Shown piece after piece: positions 10,592 through 20,800 of a DNA stretch of 64,000 nucleotides. The notes beneath the pieces are model-generated. The model had not been told where the DNA came from and ran no database searches. It saw only the letters and a program-made list of their open reading frames with translations. Source of the stretch: Podarcis pityusensis (taxonomy: Eukaryota). The translations under genes were made by a program, and so were the position numbers. Each line of letters opens with the position of its first letter. The stretch's first letter is position 1. The stretch lies in NCBI GenBank assembly GCA_964106645.2, contig OZ067050.1. One strand, written 5' to 3'.

Positions 10592-13500
10592 GTGGAATTG
10601 TAGAGTTGGAAAAGACCCTGAGGATCATCATCTAGTCCAACCCGCTGCAATGCGGGAATATTCAGCCATCCCATACAGGGAATGAACCTGCAACCTTGGC
10701 GTTATCAGCACCACACTCTCCCCAACGTTAAAATGATGGGTTTGCCCCACAAGGGCCTCCCACAAGGTCACTCACGGACAGGTGAATTCAGAGCCTGGGC
10801 TGGGTTCTCGTCTGGCTGGGAATCCTGGCTTGCACTTCAGAACAGGGTGCAGGAGTACTGCAAGGCAGGAGGAAGCAGTGGGGTGGCTTTCTTTAATGAT
10901 TTATATATCCTGCACCTTCAACACAAATTTACATGTGCAGAGCTGCTGGCAAGGCAGTAAGAAGCAAAAGTAAGAAAATAAATAAAGATAGCAATTTATT
11001 ATTATTATTATTGCCCACAAGTTATTAAAGCAAACTAAAACAGCAGCAGTCCATTGAAGGAGAGAGTAAAAACTGAACTGCACTACATTAAAAATGGTAA
11101 CATTAGCAGCTCTTTAAAAAGAAACCTGGGAAAACAGAAATAAGACTTCTGCTAGGCCCTAAATGGTAGGGCCCACCATATTCGCTTGACCGTAATTAAT
11201 TTTAACATTTTAATATTGTACTTCTAAAGCTCTTGTAACCTGCCTTGGAATAGCATGGTGAAGTGCAGAAATACGGTGAGCAATAATAATTCTAGCAGCA
11301 AGAGCTCCAGGCAGGCCTCCTCGGGGGAGTACAGTGGTACCTTGGCTTACGAACTTAATCCGTTCCGGAAATCCGTTCTTAAACTGAGGCGCACTTTCCC
11401 TAATGAGGCCTCCCGCCGCCAGTGCCCTTCCACCATTCGGATTCCATTCTCAGACTGAGGTAAAGTTCTCAAACCGGGACACTACTTCTGGTTTTCAAGA
11501 GTTCGTAAACCGAATCGTTCAAAAACAGGACTGTTCTTAAACCGAGGTACCACTGTATATGCCACAGTTGAGGGGCCACCCACAAAAAGGCTCTGTTGCT
11601 CCATTCACCGTGCCACACATCATCTGAACCCTGCCTACTCTCTCTCAGTAGCCCCACCCATTCTTATGGAGGCCACACCCACTGAATTCTTAGCTTCACG
11701 CAGAACCTGAAGTAGGTGAAGATATGGGGGTCAGTGGGTGTGACCCCCATAAGAATGGGCGGGGTTACTGAGGGAGTAGGCAGGATCCAGATGGACAGCG
11801 ACAGAGACGACGGGTGTCCAGGCAGAAAACAAATTCCTAGCACCAGGGATATTGATACTGACCATTTTCTGTACGTCGGATGATGGTGCAGAATTCAGAA
11901 TAGGGTAGCGGGGGCTCTGTCAGGAGCTGGAAGAGCCCTTGGTAGTCAGGGGGGTTCAGGAACCCCAAAAGTCGCTCGGCCAACCCCCGGGCTGCCATGT
12001 AGCTCAGCCGGGCCTGGGCCAGGGACTGCTCTGCATGGAAACAAGCGAGCTGGAGAGAAGGCAGAAGGGGACAAGTCACGGCTACGCAGGCTTTGAGCCC
12101 CACACAAGGCCCCAGATACAAGAGATTCCTACATAAAACTGCTATAAAAAGAGCTCATTTTTGTCACTCTTAACCGTGCCATGGGTCTTTTATAAATGAC
12201 AACAATTTTATTCATTTATTTTTAAATCTTACATACTGATTTATTTACAAATCTTCAATATCTTTTCATTTATAAGCTTACAAATCTCAAAGAAGTCCAC
12301 AATACGCAAAAACCATTAAAATAACCACTGAAACGTCAACATACTCGTATAATTGCAGCAACTCCAACAGCCTGAACAACAACAAAAACAGTCAGGAAAT
12401 GCCCAAGAGAAAGGAAACGTCTTAAAATTTACGGCCTGTACTACATTGAAGGAAAATATAATGAAAATGGTACACAGATGGTATATAACCCCAGTAAAAC
12501 TGGCTAAAATGTATAAAACATGTAATAAGTGTTGGAAATGTAAAGAAAAAGAAGGAACATTCTATCATATGTGGTGGGAGTGTAAAAAGGTGAAAGGCTT
12601 CTGGGAAATGATATATAATGAATTGAAAAAGATGTTGAAATATACGTTTGTTAAGAAACCGGAGGCCTTCCTACTAGGATTGGTAGGTAATGAAATAAAA
12701 TAAGAAAGACTGTAAACTTTTCCAATACGCAGTAACAGCAGTGAGAATACTTCTGGCCCAAAGATGGAAACAGGAAGAAATTCCAACGGTGGAAGAATGG
12801 AGAACGAAATTGACTGAATACGCAGAATTGGATAAACTAACAGGGAAGATTTGATACCAGCGAGACCAAAAGTTCATCGAGGACTGGGGGAGATTTACAG
12901 ACTATCTGAAAAACATATGTGATGAACAGATAACGCTTGTTGGTTTTCAAGAGACTCTGTGAAAAATTAAGAAATATTGTAAAAAAGAGTAAGAAGGGAG
13001 AGGTGATTTTTAAAGGCAATATTAAGCTTAGAAATGCGTTAAATAATATAAATTTAAAACGAAAGATTGGCAGAGAAACTGAGGGAAGTCAAAAAATAGA
13101 TGAATGTGTGATAAAATGTGAATGGATTGTATAAAATTGTTGTTGAAAATGAATAAAAATGTTATAAAAAAAGAAAGAAAAAGGAAACGTCTTTAACAGT
13201 CTGTGAAAGCACCCTATTGTTGGGTGCTTGCCTGATCTCCTTCCACAAAATGGGTGACACAGTGTAAAAGCCCCCCTCCTTTGACACTGGCAGCAAAAGT
13301 GCTAAAGGCTGGTTGTTACACACCTGTCACAGTGGCTGTGTACACACACCTTACATTTAAAGCGCATTACTTTCCCCAATGAACCCTGAAGTTTGTTAAG
13401 TGATCAGGGCATTGGATGGAGCCAGTGTTAGAATATGTGTGTGGGGGATCAGGGTTCAAATCACCCCTCAGCCCAAGGTTGGGTGTCCTGGGCTAGAAAC

Positions 13501-13951
13501 TATCCTTCAGCCAGGCTTCCTCAACCGTGGCCCTCCAGATGTTTTTGGCCTACAACTACCATGATCCCTAGCTAGCAGGACCAGTGGCCAGGGATGATGG
13601 GAATTGTAGTCTCAAAACATCTGGAGGGACAAGTCTGAGGAAGCCTGCTTCAGCCTAACTCCCAGTGTACTCTCTGTGTGCAAAGGCTGAGAAATGATAT
13701 TGGGAGTTTTGAGCAAGAGAATTATTTCTCTCATTCAGTCTCTCTAATACTGGTCATTCCTAGAGCCTGGGCTCAGGTACCTGGGCAGACTTTTGCGCTT
13801 CCACAGAAGCCTGGACCATTTTGGCAGTGCCGGCCACAGTGTTCACCAAATACTCAGCCATGGCTTCCGATATTCTGGGTGCAAAGCCAGTTGGGGCAGC
13901 TTTATCGTCCTGAGGAGGGCTGTTCCTGGGGGTGCGACAGCTCTCTTCCAT
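6021..13951 (-). CDS. Uncharacterised protein-coding gene, about 387 aa; exons 13781-13951, 11863-12049, 10776-10857, 10454-10532, 9825-9920, 9006-9083, 7596-7721, 6641-6847, 6021-6158
   Basis: Exons with canonical AG/GT sites join in phase (0,1,2,0,0,0,0,0) into one stop-free ORF starting at aaaATGG; downstream AATAAA; no homolog recognised from memory. Confidence 0.72.
6641..6847 (-). CDS. Uncharacterised gene exon (VILQASCFVVDVNP...PTCAECTQ)
   Basis: CCTGGCCTCCAG acceptor, CAG|GTATCA donor; 207 nt, open in phase 0. Confidence 0.58.
7300..7510 (+). mobile_element. tRNA-derived SINE (Squam2/MIR-like)
   Basis: TTGGACTAGGACCTGGGAGACCAAGGTTCAAATCCC...CTGGGTGATCTTGGGCCAGTCAC...CCTACCTCACAGGGTTG; copies near 14255 and 42292. 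Confidence 0.75.
7596..7721 (-). CDS. Uncharacterised gene exon (VETVLLEDQMGYVTQRRPRRSPS...EQDLSTIQ)
   Basis: TTCCCTTACCAG acceptor, CAG|GTATTG donor; 126 nt, phase 0-0, CpG retained. Confidence 0.75.
9006..9083 (-). CDS. Uncharacterised gene exon (QDVDCTEEEEGLSLQIRGRNPSRHKQ)
   Basis: NAGNAG acceptor TTCTCCCACAGCAG, donor CAA|GTACGT. Confidence 0.68.
9825..9920 (-). CDS. Uncharacterised gene, possible exon (LLVLSNLNRDFQIQRPPDPETRKVPGARWQQS)
   Basis: Acceptor region CCCCACAGAGCAG (needs the second or third AG to keep frame), donor AGC|GTATGC; can be skipped without frameshift. Confidence 0.45.
10454..10532 (-). CDS. Uncharacterised gene exon (PDLSDDGLQGGGHDFRCFISSCACER)
   Basis: CTTTTTCCAG acceptor, AGA|GTGAGT donor; phase 2 to 0. 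Confidence 0.72.
10594..10722 (-). mobile_element. tRNA-derived SINE with CR1-like tail (lacertid POM-SINE-like), next to an (AT)n tract
   Basis: Minus strand GTGGTGCTGATAACGCCAAGGTTGCAGGTTC...GGTTGGACTAGATGATGATCCTCAGGGTC...CCAACTCTACAATTC. Confidence 0.65.
10776..10857 (-). CDS. Uncharacterised gene exon (VLLHPVLKCKPGFPARREPSPGSEFTC)
   Basis: CCTTGCAG acceptor, CC|GTGAGT donor; phase 1 to 2. Confidence 0.72.
11332..11555. mobile_element. Tc1/mariner (Tigger-like) MITE
   Basis: TIRs CAGTGGTACCT/AGGTACCACTG with TA on both sides. Confidence 0.85.
11621..11793. repeat. Inverted repeat with about 65-bp arms (hairpin / probable MITE)
   Basis: 11621-11685 is close to the reverse complement of 11731-11793. 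Confidence 0.85.
11863..12049 (-). CDS. Uncharacterised gene exon (LACFHAEQSLAQARLSYMAARGLAERLLGFL...RRTEN)
   Basis: CTTCTCTCCAG acceptor, G|GTCAGT donor; only the phase-0 frame is open. Confidence 0.78.
12424..13179 (+). mobile_element. 5'-truncated L1-clade LINE (ORF2 C-terminus with CCHC knuckle, 3' UTR, A-rich tail)
   Basis: CWKCKEKEGTFYHMWWEC motif; AATAAA at 13152; 14-bp target site duplication AAAGGAAACGTCTT at 12410-12423 and 13180-13193. Confidence 0.92.
13512..13647. mobile_element. hAT-like MITE nested in a SINE remnant
   Basis: TIRs CAGGCTTCCTCA/TGAGGAAGCCTG, flanking CTTCAGC(C) duplication, internal palindromic ACTACCATGATCCC core. Confidence 0.8.
13781..13951 (-). CDS. Uncharacterised gene, start exon (MEESCRTPRN...VEAQKSAQ)
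   Basis: Strong pyrimidine tract ending TTCTTAG at 13959; Kozak aaaATGG; donor CAG|GTACCT. Confidence 0.75.
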
Positions 13952-14254
13952 TTTGGATCTAAGAAAGAGAGAGAAAGATGGACACTGGGCAGAGAAAGGA
14001 ATGTGTAATTGGCGATAAAAAGAAGTAGGAGCAAACAGCGGCTGAAAGAATCCATTTCAGAAGCAGTTATTGGGCCATGAGGCTTGACTTTTCTATCCAG
14101 AGCACGAACCGGAGCTACTGTTGTTTCTCTCTACCGGGCCTGAAGATGATGATTCTGAGCTAGAGTATCTTTTATCCTTCACAGAATTGCTGGAACACAT
14201 GATTTTGAACTTGAGACATGTATCCACAACATGCATTGTTGATACTATGGGAAG

Positions 14255-14480
14255 ATCAGCACAGTGTTAGTGGTTAGAGGGTTGGATTAGGACCTGGGTT
14301 CAAATCTTCCCTCAGCCATGAAGGTCACTGGGTAACTTTGGGCCAACCGCTGCCTCTCAGCCTAACTTGTCTTACAAGGTGGTTGTGGGGATTAAATGGG
14401 GTCAGGGGAAACCATGTATACTACCTTGAGTTCCTTGGAGAAGAAAGTAAGATATAAATGCAATGAACTAAATAAAAAAA
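14255..14480 (+). mobile_element. tRNA-derived SINE (Squam2/MIR-like)
   Basis: Same family as 7300-7510, with A-rich tail. Confidence 0.75.
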
Positions 14481-15408
14481 AAGATGAGCCCATTGCTTGC
14501 CATTTATTCTCACATGAATCTCTCCAGTGACTGAGATCATTTAAGGAGGCCCAAGGCTGAGGACTTTCATCTTACCAGCAATGGGGGCTTTCTGACTAGA
14601 GACATTTCAATGATGTAAATCCCCGCTTTTCTGCTTGCTGAAAAATTTAATTTTTAAACACCAGGTAAAGATTAGCTTGTTTCTGCAGGCACTTCATGGC
14701 TTTTGAAATGGCTTTGAGAAATTCACCCCTGCAAGTGCACTCCATTGTCTTTTGAGATGGATGGATGCCAGCCACAACCGTGAGAGATCCAGCCACTCTA
14801 AACTGTTCCCATCTACGGCTGGTTGAGGACACAATTTGTCGTTTACCTATCATGTATTTTAGATTGACATTTTAGAACATACACTGTCTTAGATTCTTTT
14901 TTAATTATCAAAGGATGGGATAAAAAAAAAACTTTAAATATATTGGGGAGAAAGATCATAAGTCTTCATTTCTGGTGTCCCCATAAAAAAGTAAGTTAGC
15001 ATAGGTTCATATTTGCAATAAGTGCGGCTTCTGGACCTGTCTCTGAAGTAATTTGTTGTTGCTTTTGTTCCTTAATATTATTTTCTTAATTTGTATCCCA
15101 TCACGGAACACAAGGTGGCATAAGGGTGGTCACCTATGACCAGGCCCAAACCTTCTCAGCTTCACGACTCAAAAAATACCCATCACTGAAATTTTGCAGG
15201 CAATGCAGAGCTCTTTGGGAAAACACAAGATTTGCTCTTCCTTTAACCAGCAGGTGCAGACTATTGTATTGGGAGAAAGCAGTTACAGAAAGAAGTTACA
15301 GACTTCTGCCTTCCCTGAGGGCAATTTTTGTTCTTAAAGCAGGCAGTACCCACAAGTTTCTCTCTTTTTTATGACTAGTGCTGTGAATTAAGATGTAAGT
15401 CCACATAC

Positions 15409-15498
15409 CTCTTTACTCCCACCCCCCTTGCTTGCAAATGTGATATGAGCAGAGTACTGCCAATTTTCTGCTTGCTTTGTGTGCGCATGTGTCCACGA
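15409..15498 (-). other. Upstream exon of the uncharacterised gene (5' UTR or 29-aa N-terminal extension MRTQSKQK...)
   Basis: TTTATAG acceptor, GAG|GTATGT donor; ATG at 15488 is in frame with the downstream ORF but has weak Kozak context. Confidence 0.5.
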
Positions 15499-15827
15499 CT
15501 ATAAATGCAGAAACAGGGTAAGAAGGACTGACTGATGGGAGGAGGCACTCTCAGGGGAAATCGCAAACTTGATGTAGGCCCTGGTGCACTTCTGGAAACC
15601 ATGTAGCCTGCAACTAATCCTGAGCCAGGACTGTATGGTAAGCGGGAGAAAGGGCAGGGCACCAGTGAGTGCACTGCTTTAACTGGGAAAGGTAGACAAC
15701 GCTCCCTTCCATTCCACATACCTACACAGATAAAGTAATTCTAACGTGCTGGATTTTGTCAGCTGATTCCACTGTGCCCAACATTAAATGGGAGTCTGAT
15801 GTACGAGGAAGGGTGTTTGCTAGGTGG

Positions 15828-15995
15828 CTTAGGAAGCTGCTCTTGTGAGTCAGGTCTATTTAGTTCAGTAGTTTACACTGACTGGCAGCATGGCTTTCAG
15901 GGTTTCAGGCAGGGCGTAACTTCTGCAAGTCCTACCTGGATTTGCGAGGGATTGAACCCACAACCTCGTATGCTCAGCCAGGTAGCTACAGCCCA
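15828..15995 (-). mobile_element. Squam3-like SINE, diverged
   Basis: TAGGAAGCTGC...TACACTGACTGGCAGC...GGATTGAACCC, resembles copy at 36178. Confidence 0.6.
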
Positions 15996-16074
15996 ATGAC
16001 ACAAATTCGCATATGCTACTACAAAGTACTGCCTCTGAACAAATTAAAGAGAGGGCAAGTGCCTGGGGTCTTAC

Positions 16075-16106
16075 CAACGCTATACTTTACAGCATTCCCA
16101 GCTGCC
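16075..16106 (-). other. Candidate 32-nt 5' UTR exon of the uncharacterised gene
   Basis: TTTGTTTACAG acceptor, TTG|GTAAGA donor; contains minimal uORF ATG-CTG-TAA. Confidence 0.4.
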
Positions 16107-16456
16107 CTGTAAACAAAGGTTTTTTTTAATAAAAAAGGAAAAGGGGGAAAATTTTTTGGAGGCACCCTCTAGCAATGCCTCTAAAGCCCACACTTAATGG
16201 ATAGGACTCTCTCACTGAATATGAAGGTGGTGGCCTGGAAACTGAGCAAGTGGAAACACAATGTGGCTTAGTGGCAAATGCCCTTCCTATTCAGGGGACT
16301 TCACCTTCACATCTCCCATTTTCTATGCAGAAAAGGCCCTTGAGGTCTGTTAAGATACAAACCATCAGCCCCTTCCTTCCCTTTCAAGCCCCGTCCTGTG
16401 GGGGTAGGATGCAACCAAGATGCTCCTTCAATTGGTAGCCAACTGCCAGGGATGCA

Positions 16457-16497
16457 GTTGCCATGGGAATGCTTCCAGAGCCCAGTTGCTAGGCGAT
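16457..16497. promoter_or_regulatory. Tandem RFX X-box-like motifs, candidate promoter of the uncharacterised gene
   Basis: GTTGCCATGGGAAT (16457-16470) and GTTGCTAGGCGAT (16485-16497) resemble the X-box consensus GTTGCCATGGCAAC / GTTGCTAGGCAAC. Confidence 0.55.
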
Positions 16498-16789
16498 GGA
16501 ATTCCTTGTAATGTAAGAGGGTTGAATGTTTCAGAGGCAGAACAGGGCAGACCTGCAGAGACTGAGATGGAGCACATATACAACTGCAGGTTTGTGAGTA
16601 GAGGAAAGAGGGTCTTCCAGAAGGAAATGCATCCTTCTGTTATTATCAGATAAGTGAATACATACACACACACATATATTTAGATACGGCTAGTGGTCAC
16701 TTGAATTCAACTCGCTTCTGAGCCCAAGAATATTTTTTTTTTCAAGACTGAGAAGGAAGGAATATAGATTTAGGGAACTCAAGCACCGT

Positions 16790-17302
16790 AATTGTTGTTC
16801 AACATCTTTATAAATGACTTGGATGAAGGTATTGAGAGGATGCTAATCAAATCTGCCGATGACGCCAAACTGGGACAGGTAGCCATGCCGCTGAAGACAG
16901 AATCAGGATTCCAGATGACTGTAACAAACTAACAAAATTGATTTCAATAGGGACAAATGTCAGGTTCTACACTTGGGCAAGAACAACCAGCCGCAAAAAA
17001 TATAAAATGGAGGACACCTGGCTTGCCAATAGTACATGTGAAAAGTATCTAGGGGCCTTAGTAGACTGCTCAACATGTGTCAACAGCCTGATACTGCAGG
17101 AATAAAAGCTAATGTTATTCTAGGCTGCATCAACAGGAGGATACTGTTCTGATCAAGAAGTCGTCCCCCCACTCTATTCTGCTTTGGTCAGGCCACACCT
17201 GTGTCCAGTTCTGGGCACTACAATTTAAGGATATTGACAAACTGGAACGTGTGCAGAGGAGGTTGACCAAGATGATAAAGGGTCTGGAAACCAAGCCTTA
17301 TG
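16790..17302 (+). mobile_element. CR1 LINE reverse-transcriptase fragment, degenerate
   Basis: Translates as LFNIFINDLDEGIERMLIKSADDAKLG (FADDTKL-type motif); later [11 protein letters not shown] and [17 protein letters not shown]. Confidence 0.88.
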
Positions 17303-17652
17303 AATTCCACATGGTAGGAGACATATAGACAAAAGTACCCGTTATTCCAGATTAATTCAATTGAGTGACCACTACACTCATGGTTGTGTATACAATAATG
17401 ACGTTAATATGTTTCAGGAACCTCCATCCCACATGTAAACATGACTTGAAAGGAGTCAGAATCCTTTAACCTCCCTGTATGTGTATAAAATGGGGGGAAC
17501 TGACGTGTTAATCAGTTATCCAGACGTAAAAAAAAAGCCCTTTAGGATCTTGTCCCATGGGAACCTGGGTTGGACAAGATATTGATGCCTTGACCCCATT
17601 CCCTCTCAAAACCCCAAAGAGACAGAATACTTTTTTTTTAATAGTCAACATT

Positions 17653-17814
17653 TTTATTAAAAGATTTCTCACCCCACCCCAAAATCTCTCCGACTGGTAG
17701 CCCTCTAGAGAGCAACCAGTTCCATCTTTGTGTTCTCTTTCCAGTTTTTGCTCTCCCAAGTAAGATTCAAGATCACCCACCCCGTTCCTGTTTGTTTTTA
17801 AAAAGTGTTTTATT
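17653..17814 (-). terminator. Candidate poly(A) signals of TAOK2 beta 3' UTR (AATAAA at 17809-17814 and 17653-17658)
   Basis: Repeat-free UTR-like sequence from the stop at 21376 to here; GU-rich element after the distal signal. Confidence 0.55.
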
Positions 17815-20800
17815 TTCTAATACATTCCATAGGACACATATGTCTAAGTTCCCCCCCGCCAACATTTTTTCTTCATATATAAAAAAAGACATACACACAT
17901 ACATACACACACTCACATTAGTTTTTAATCACCCACACAGAGGGAGACAGGAAAAAAACTGGGGAGGGGGGGAGGGGAGGAAAGCGCAAAAAGAGAAAAA
18001 AAAAGACTGGAAGAGGTAAACTGTACATGGGGAAAGTTATGGCACCAAAAAACAGAAATATTTTTTTTAAAGCAAAAGGATTAATTATTATAATACATCA
18101 AGCCCCTCCAGCCCACCCAAAACCCCATTTCCCAATCCCAGGCAGGCAGAAATCACTAACTGAACACCTTGAAGTAACAAAAGATCCCATTCAGTTCTCC
18201 CCTCCCACCCACCCCCATCCCCTCTGGTTTAAAACAGTGGCCTTGTTCAATCACAAAATTAGCTTGAGGAACTTGAAGAGGGTTCTGGGAGAAGTCTGAG
18301 AAGTTTAGAAAGGATAATTTTATGGTTGTAGCCAAACCAGTGCCCTTGGGGTTGGGGGGGGGGAACAGGTGTGGGCAGCAGAGTTGGTAAGGAAGGAGGG
18401 GGGATTTTAATAGGGTTGTGTGTTGTAAAGGACAAGACTTACTTCAGCTGCTTACAATGGAAAAAAAATGATTCAGTTCCTGGCCCAAATACGAGGGCGG
18501 GAGGCGGGAATCTAAGAAACTACAATGTCTTCCACAGATAAAGAAGGACTACACCACATTTCCCGCCAACAGATGGAAAATTTCTACTTCAAGATCTTCC
18601 CTGGCTCGTTTTACTACTTGTGATAATTCCGTAACCCATTTCTGCTTTCCAGGAACATGCGGCTCTCCTTCGCTTCCACACACAACCCTTCGGACTTTCC
18701 TTCCATCACTAGCGAGAAATGGTTTCTAGAGCTGCGTGCTTTACCTATGAGATTAAAAAAAAGTTTCCCCTGGTCTCTAGGAGGGATTTGTGAGATGTGG
18801 AAATTTTGTTTCACGTTTCAAAAGAAGACAGCTTGGATTTCCCCAATCTTCCTGAAAAAAGGGGTTTATGTGGCTCCTTTTGTACAGTCAATGTAATGCC
18901 AACACTGCTGGCTGATCCTTGGGCTTAATTCACACAAACAGCTGGTAGAACTTCTTACACTGTCCCACTTCAGAGAGCCAACATGGCCAAATGCTTCCAA
19001 AAGGGAAACAAGAAACAGCTACGCATTTAACAAAGCCAGTGTGCCAGAAGGCTACCCTAGAGATCATCTTCCCAGCTTCCAATTTTCACGTAAGCAGCAG
19101 GGGTATTTTTTAAAATATGGGTTCAAATGGTACAGTTTGATCAGAGCTCTTCACTTGCTGTGGCCAAGAATCTAGTATTCCTCCCTAGATGGTGAAAACT
19201 TTGAGAGATGGTTCAGAACAAAATGAAAAGGGGAAGACTAACCTCTGAAAGCTGACTTTGCACAAGAGTTATCATACATGATTTCAACATGATGCCGCCC
19301 CTCCCAATTGGGCTCCCAACTCAGGAGTTTTGAACATGCAAAATGTCCGATGTCCCTCCAAAGGTTCTCCTTTAGCTGGCCAGAGTTGAAACAGCCCACT
19401 TGCAAAACTCCCCTCCCTCTTAGCAGGGCAAACCACCCTGGCGGCTTCAGGAAGTGTTCTTTATTGACTGGTGGGATATGTGGGTCTGACTCAGATAAAT
19501 TATAGCTCTAGAGGAACTAGGGGCCCATTTTCCACCAGAGGTTTGGTTCTTAAGTACAGGAGGAGGAGAGGAGGACAACTGGCCACAGATATATAGTTTG
19601 CCGATTCTGACAGGCTGACCCTGATCCCAAACCCTGGGTAGCCGGCCTTGGGGTTTGTTCATACTGGGTATTATGTAACCAAATAAGTTTTTCCAGAGGG
19701 TAGGAACGGTTCTGGGGGTGGGGAGAATGTATAGGAAGGAGATGGGTTGAAGGTGGCTTCTGAACCGACAGGTGTCCTTCATTCTGCTGGGTGCTCAGAT
19801 TCTGCAGCCGATCTCCTGCATGCAAATACGAACTCAGGGCTGCAGATCTGGCGAGTCTAAACTGGGCAGGTGGGGTGCATGGGAGCGATGCTGAAAAGTG
19901 GCTGGAGGACAACGGGAATGACAGGAGGCGAATTTGTAGGGGGGCACGGTGGTTTCTGGGAGGAGGAGGTGGCTTAAGGGAGCAACCGGGGGCAACAGAA
20001 GCAAGTGGCCCTCTGATGCCCTCGGCCAGGGAGGGAGCCTGACCTTCCAGAGGTTTTGGCTGGGCCAAGAAACTAAATTTAATGCTCAGGACTGGGTGGC
20101 AGAGGGAGGCCTGCCATTCAAAGTCCCTCTGGGTGGCAAGAGTGGTGGGGCGGTCTTTCCTTCAGAGGGGGGAAAGAGACGTAATCCGTGTGGGTAAGGT
20201 GGTGAGTATTAACACAAAAACACATCCCTGGGCTGGCATGGGCTAAAATCCGCATCTCAAAACAGACATATAGGGCGGGTATGTAGAGGGCACCGTTTAA
20301 AATCTACATTCTGGTTCATGACAGGAACGCGAGGCCTGGTTCCGGAACCTCAATCCCCGCTCCATCCTGTGGAACCAGCCTGGCGCCGTGACAGGAGGAG
20401 CTGGAGGAGGCCGCCTCTGTGAGAAATGGGGCGATGCAGATAAAGAGCCCAGAGCAGCTTGCAATTTACAATTCCTTCTCCAGCCACAGACTGTGGTGAG
20501 GTAAGGAAGGTTCTGGGAGCTGAGAACGGTCCAGAAACAATGGATTTCGGTAATGGTCGCCTGTGAACTCAGGATCAGAAGCCACTGTCCACGCCTCAGG
20601 AAGGAGGCAAAGTTCTTTCACTGTCAATCTGGTAATTCTATGCATGCACCGATCGGCCGCCACCAATGGCAATCCAGGGTTCTCCCAAAATCCACGCCCG
20701 TTAATTTAATTTCTCTCTCTCTCACTGCCTGAACTGATTGAAAGGAACCATGACGCAGGAGACACAGAACAGGCTCTGCCGAGCGCATCAGCTCCGATTG

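Noticed and set aside
12353-12703. 116-aa ORF with CCHC motif as a host zinc-finger gene
   Set aside because: It is the C-terminus of L1 ORF2, with TSD and A-tail
6021-13951. Identification of the unknown gene as HIRIP3, C16orf92/FIMP, KCTD13 or SEZ6L2
   Set aside because: No similarity to the recalled sequences; no signal peptide, BTB, CUB/sushi or HIRIP3-like features
16690-17378. Short inverted match (TAGTGGTCACT / AGTGACCACTA) flanking the CR1 fragment
   Set aside because: Too short and no TSD seen, so a composite element cannot be claimed
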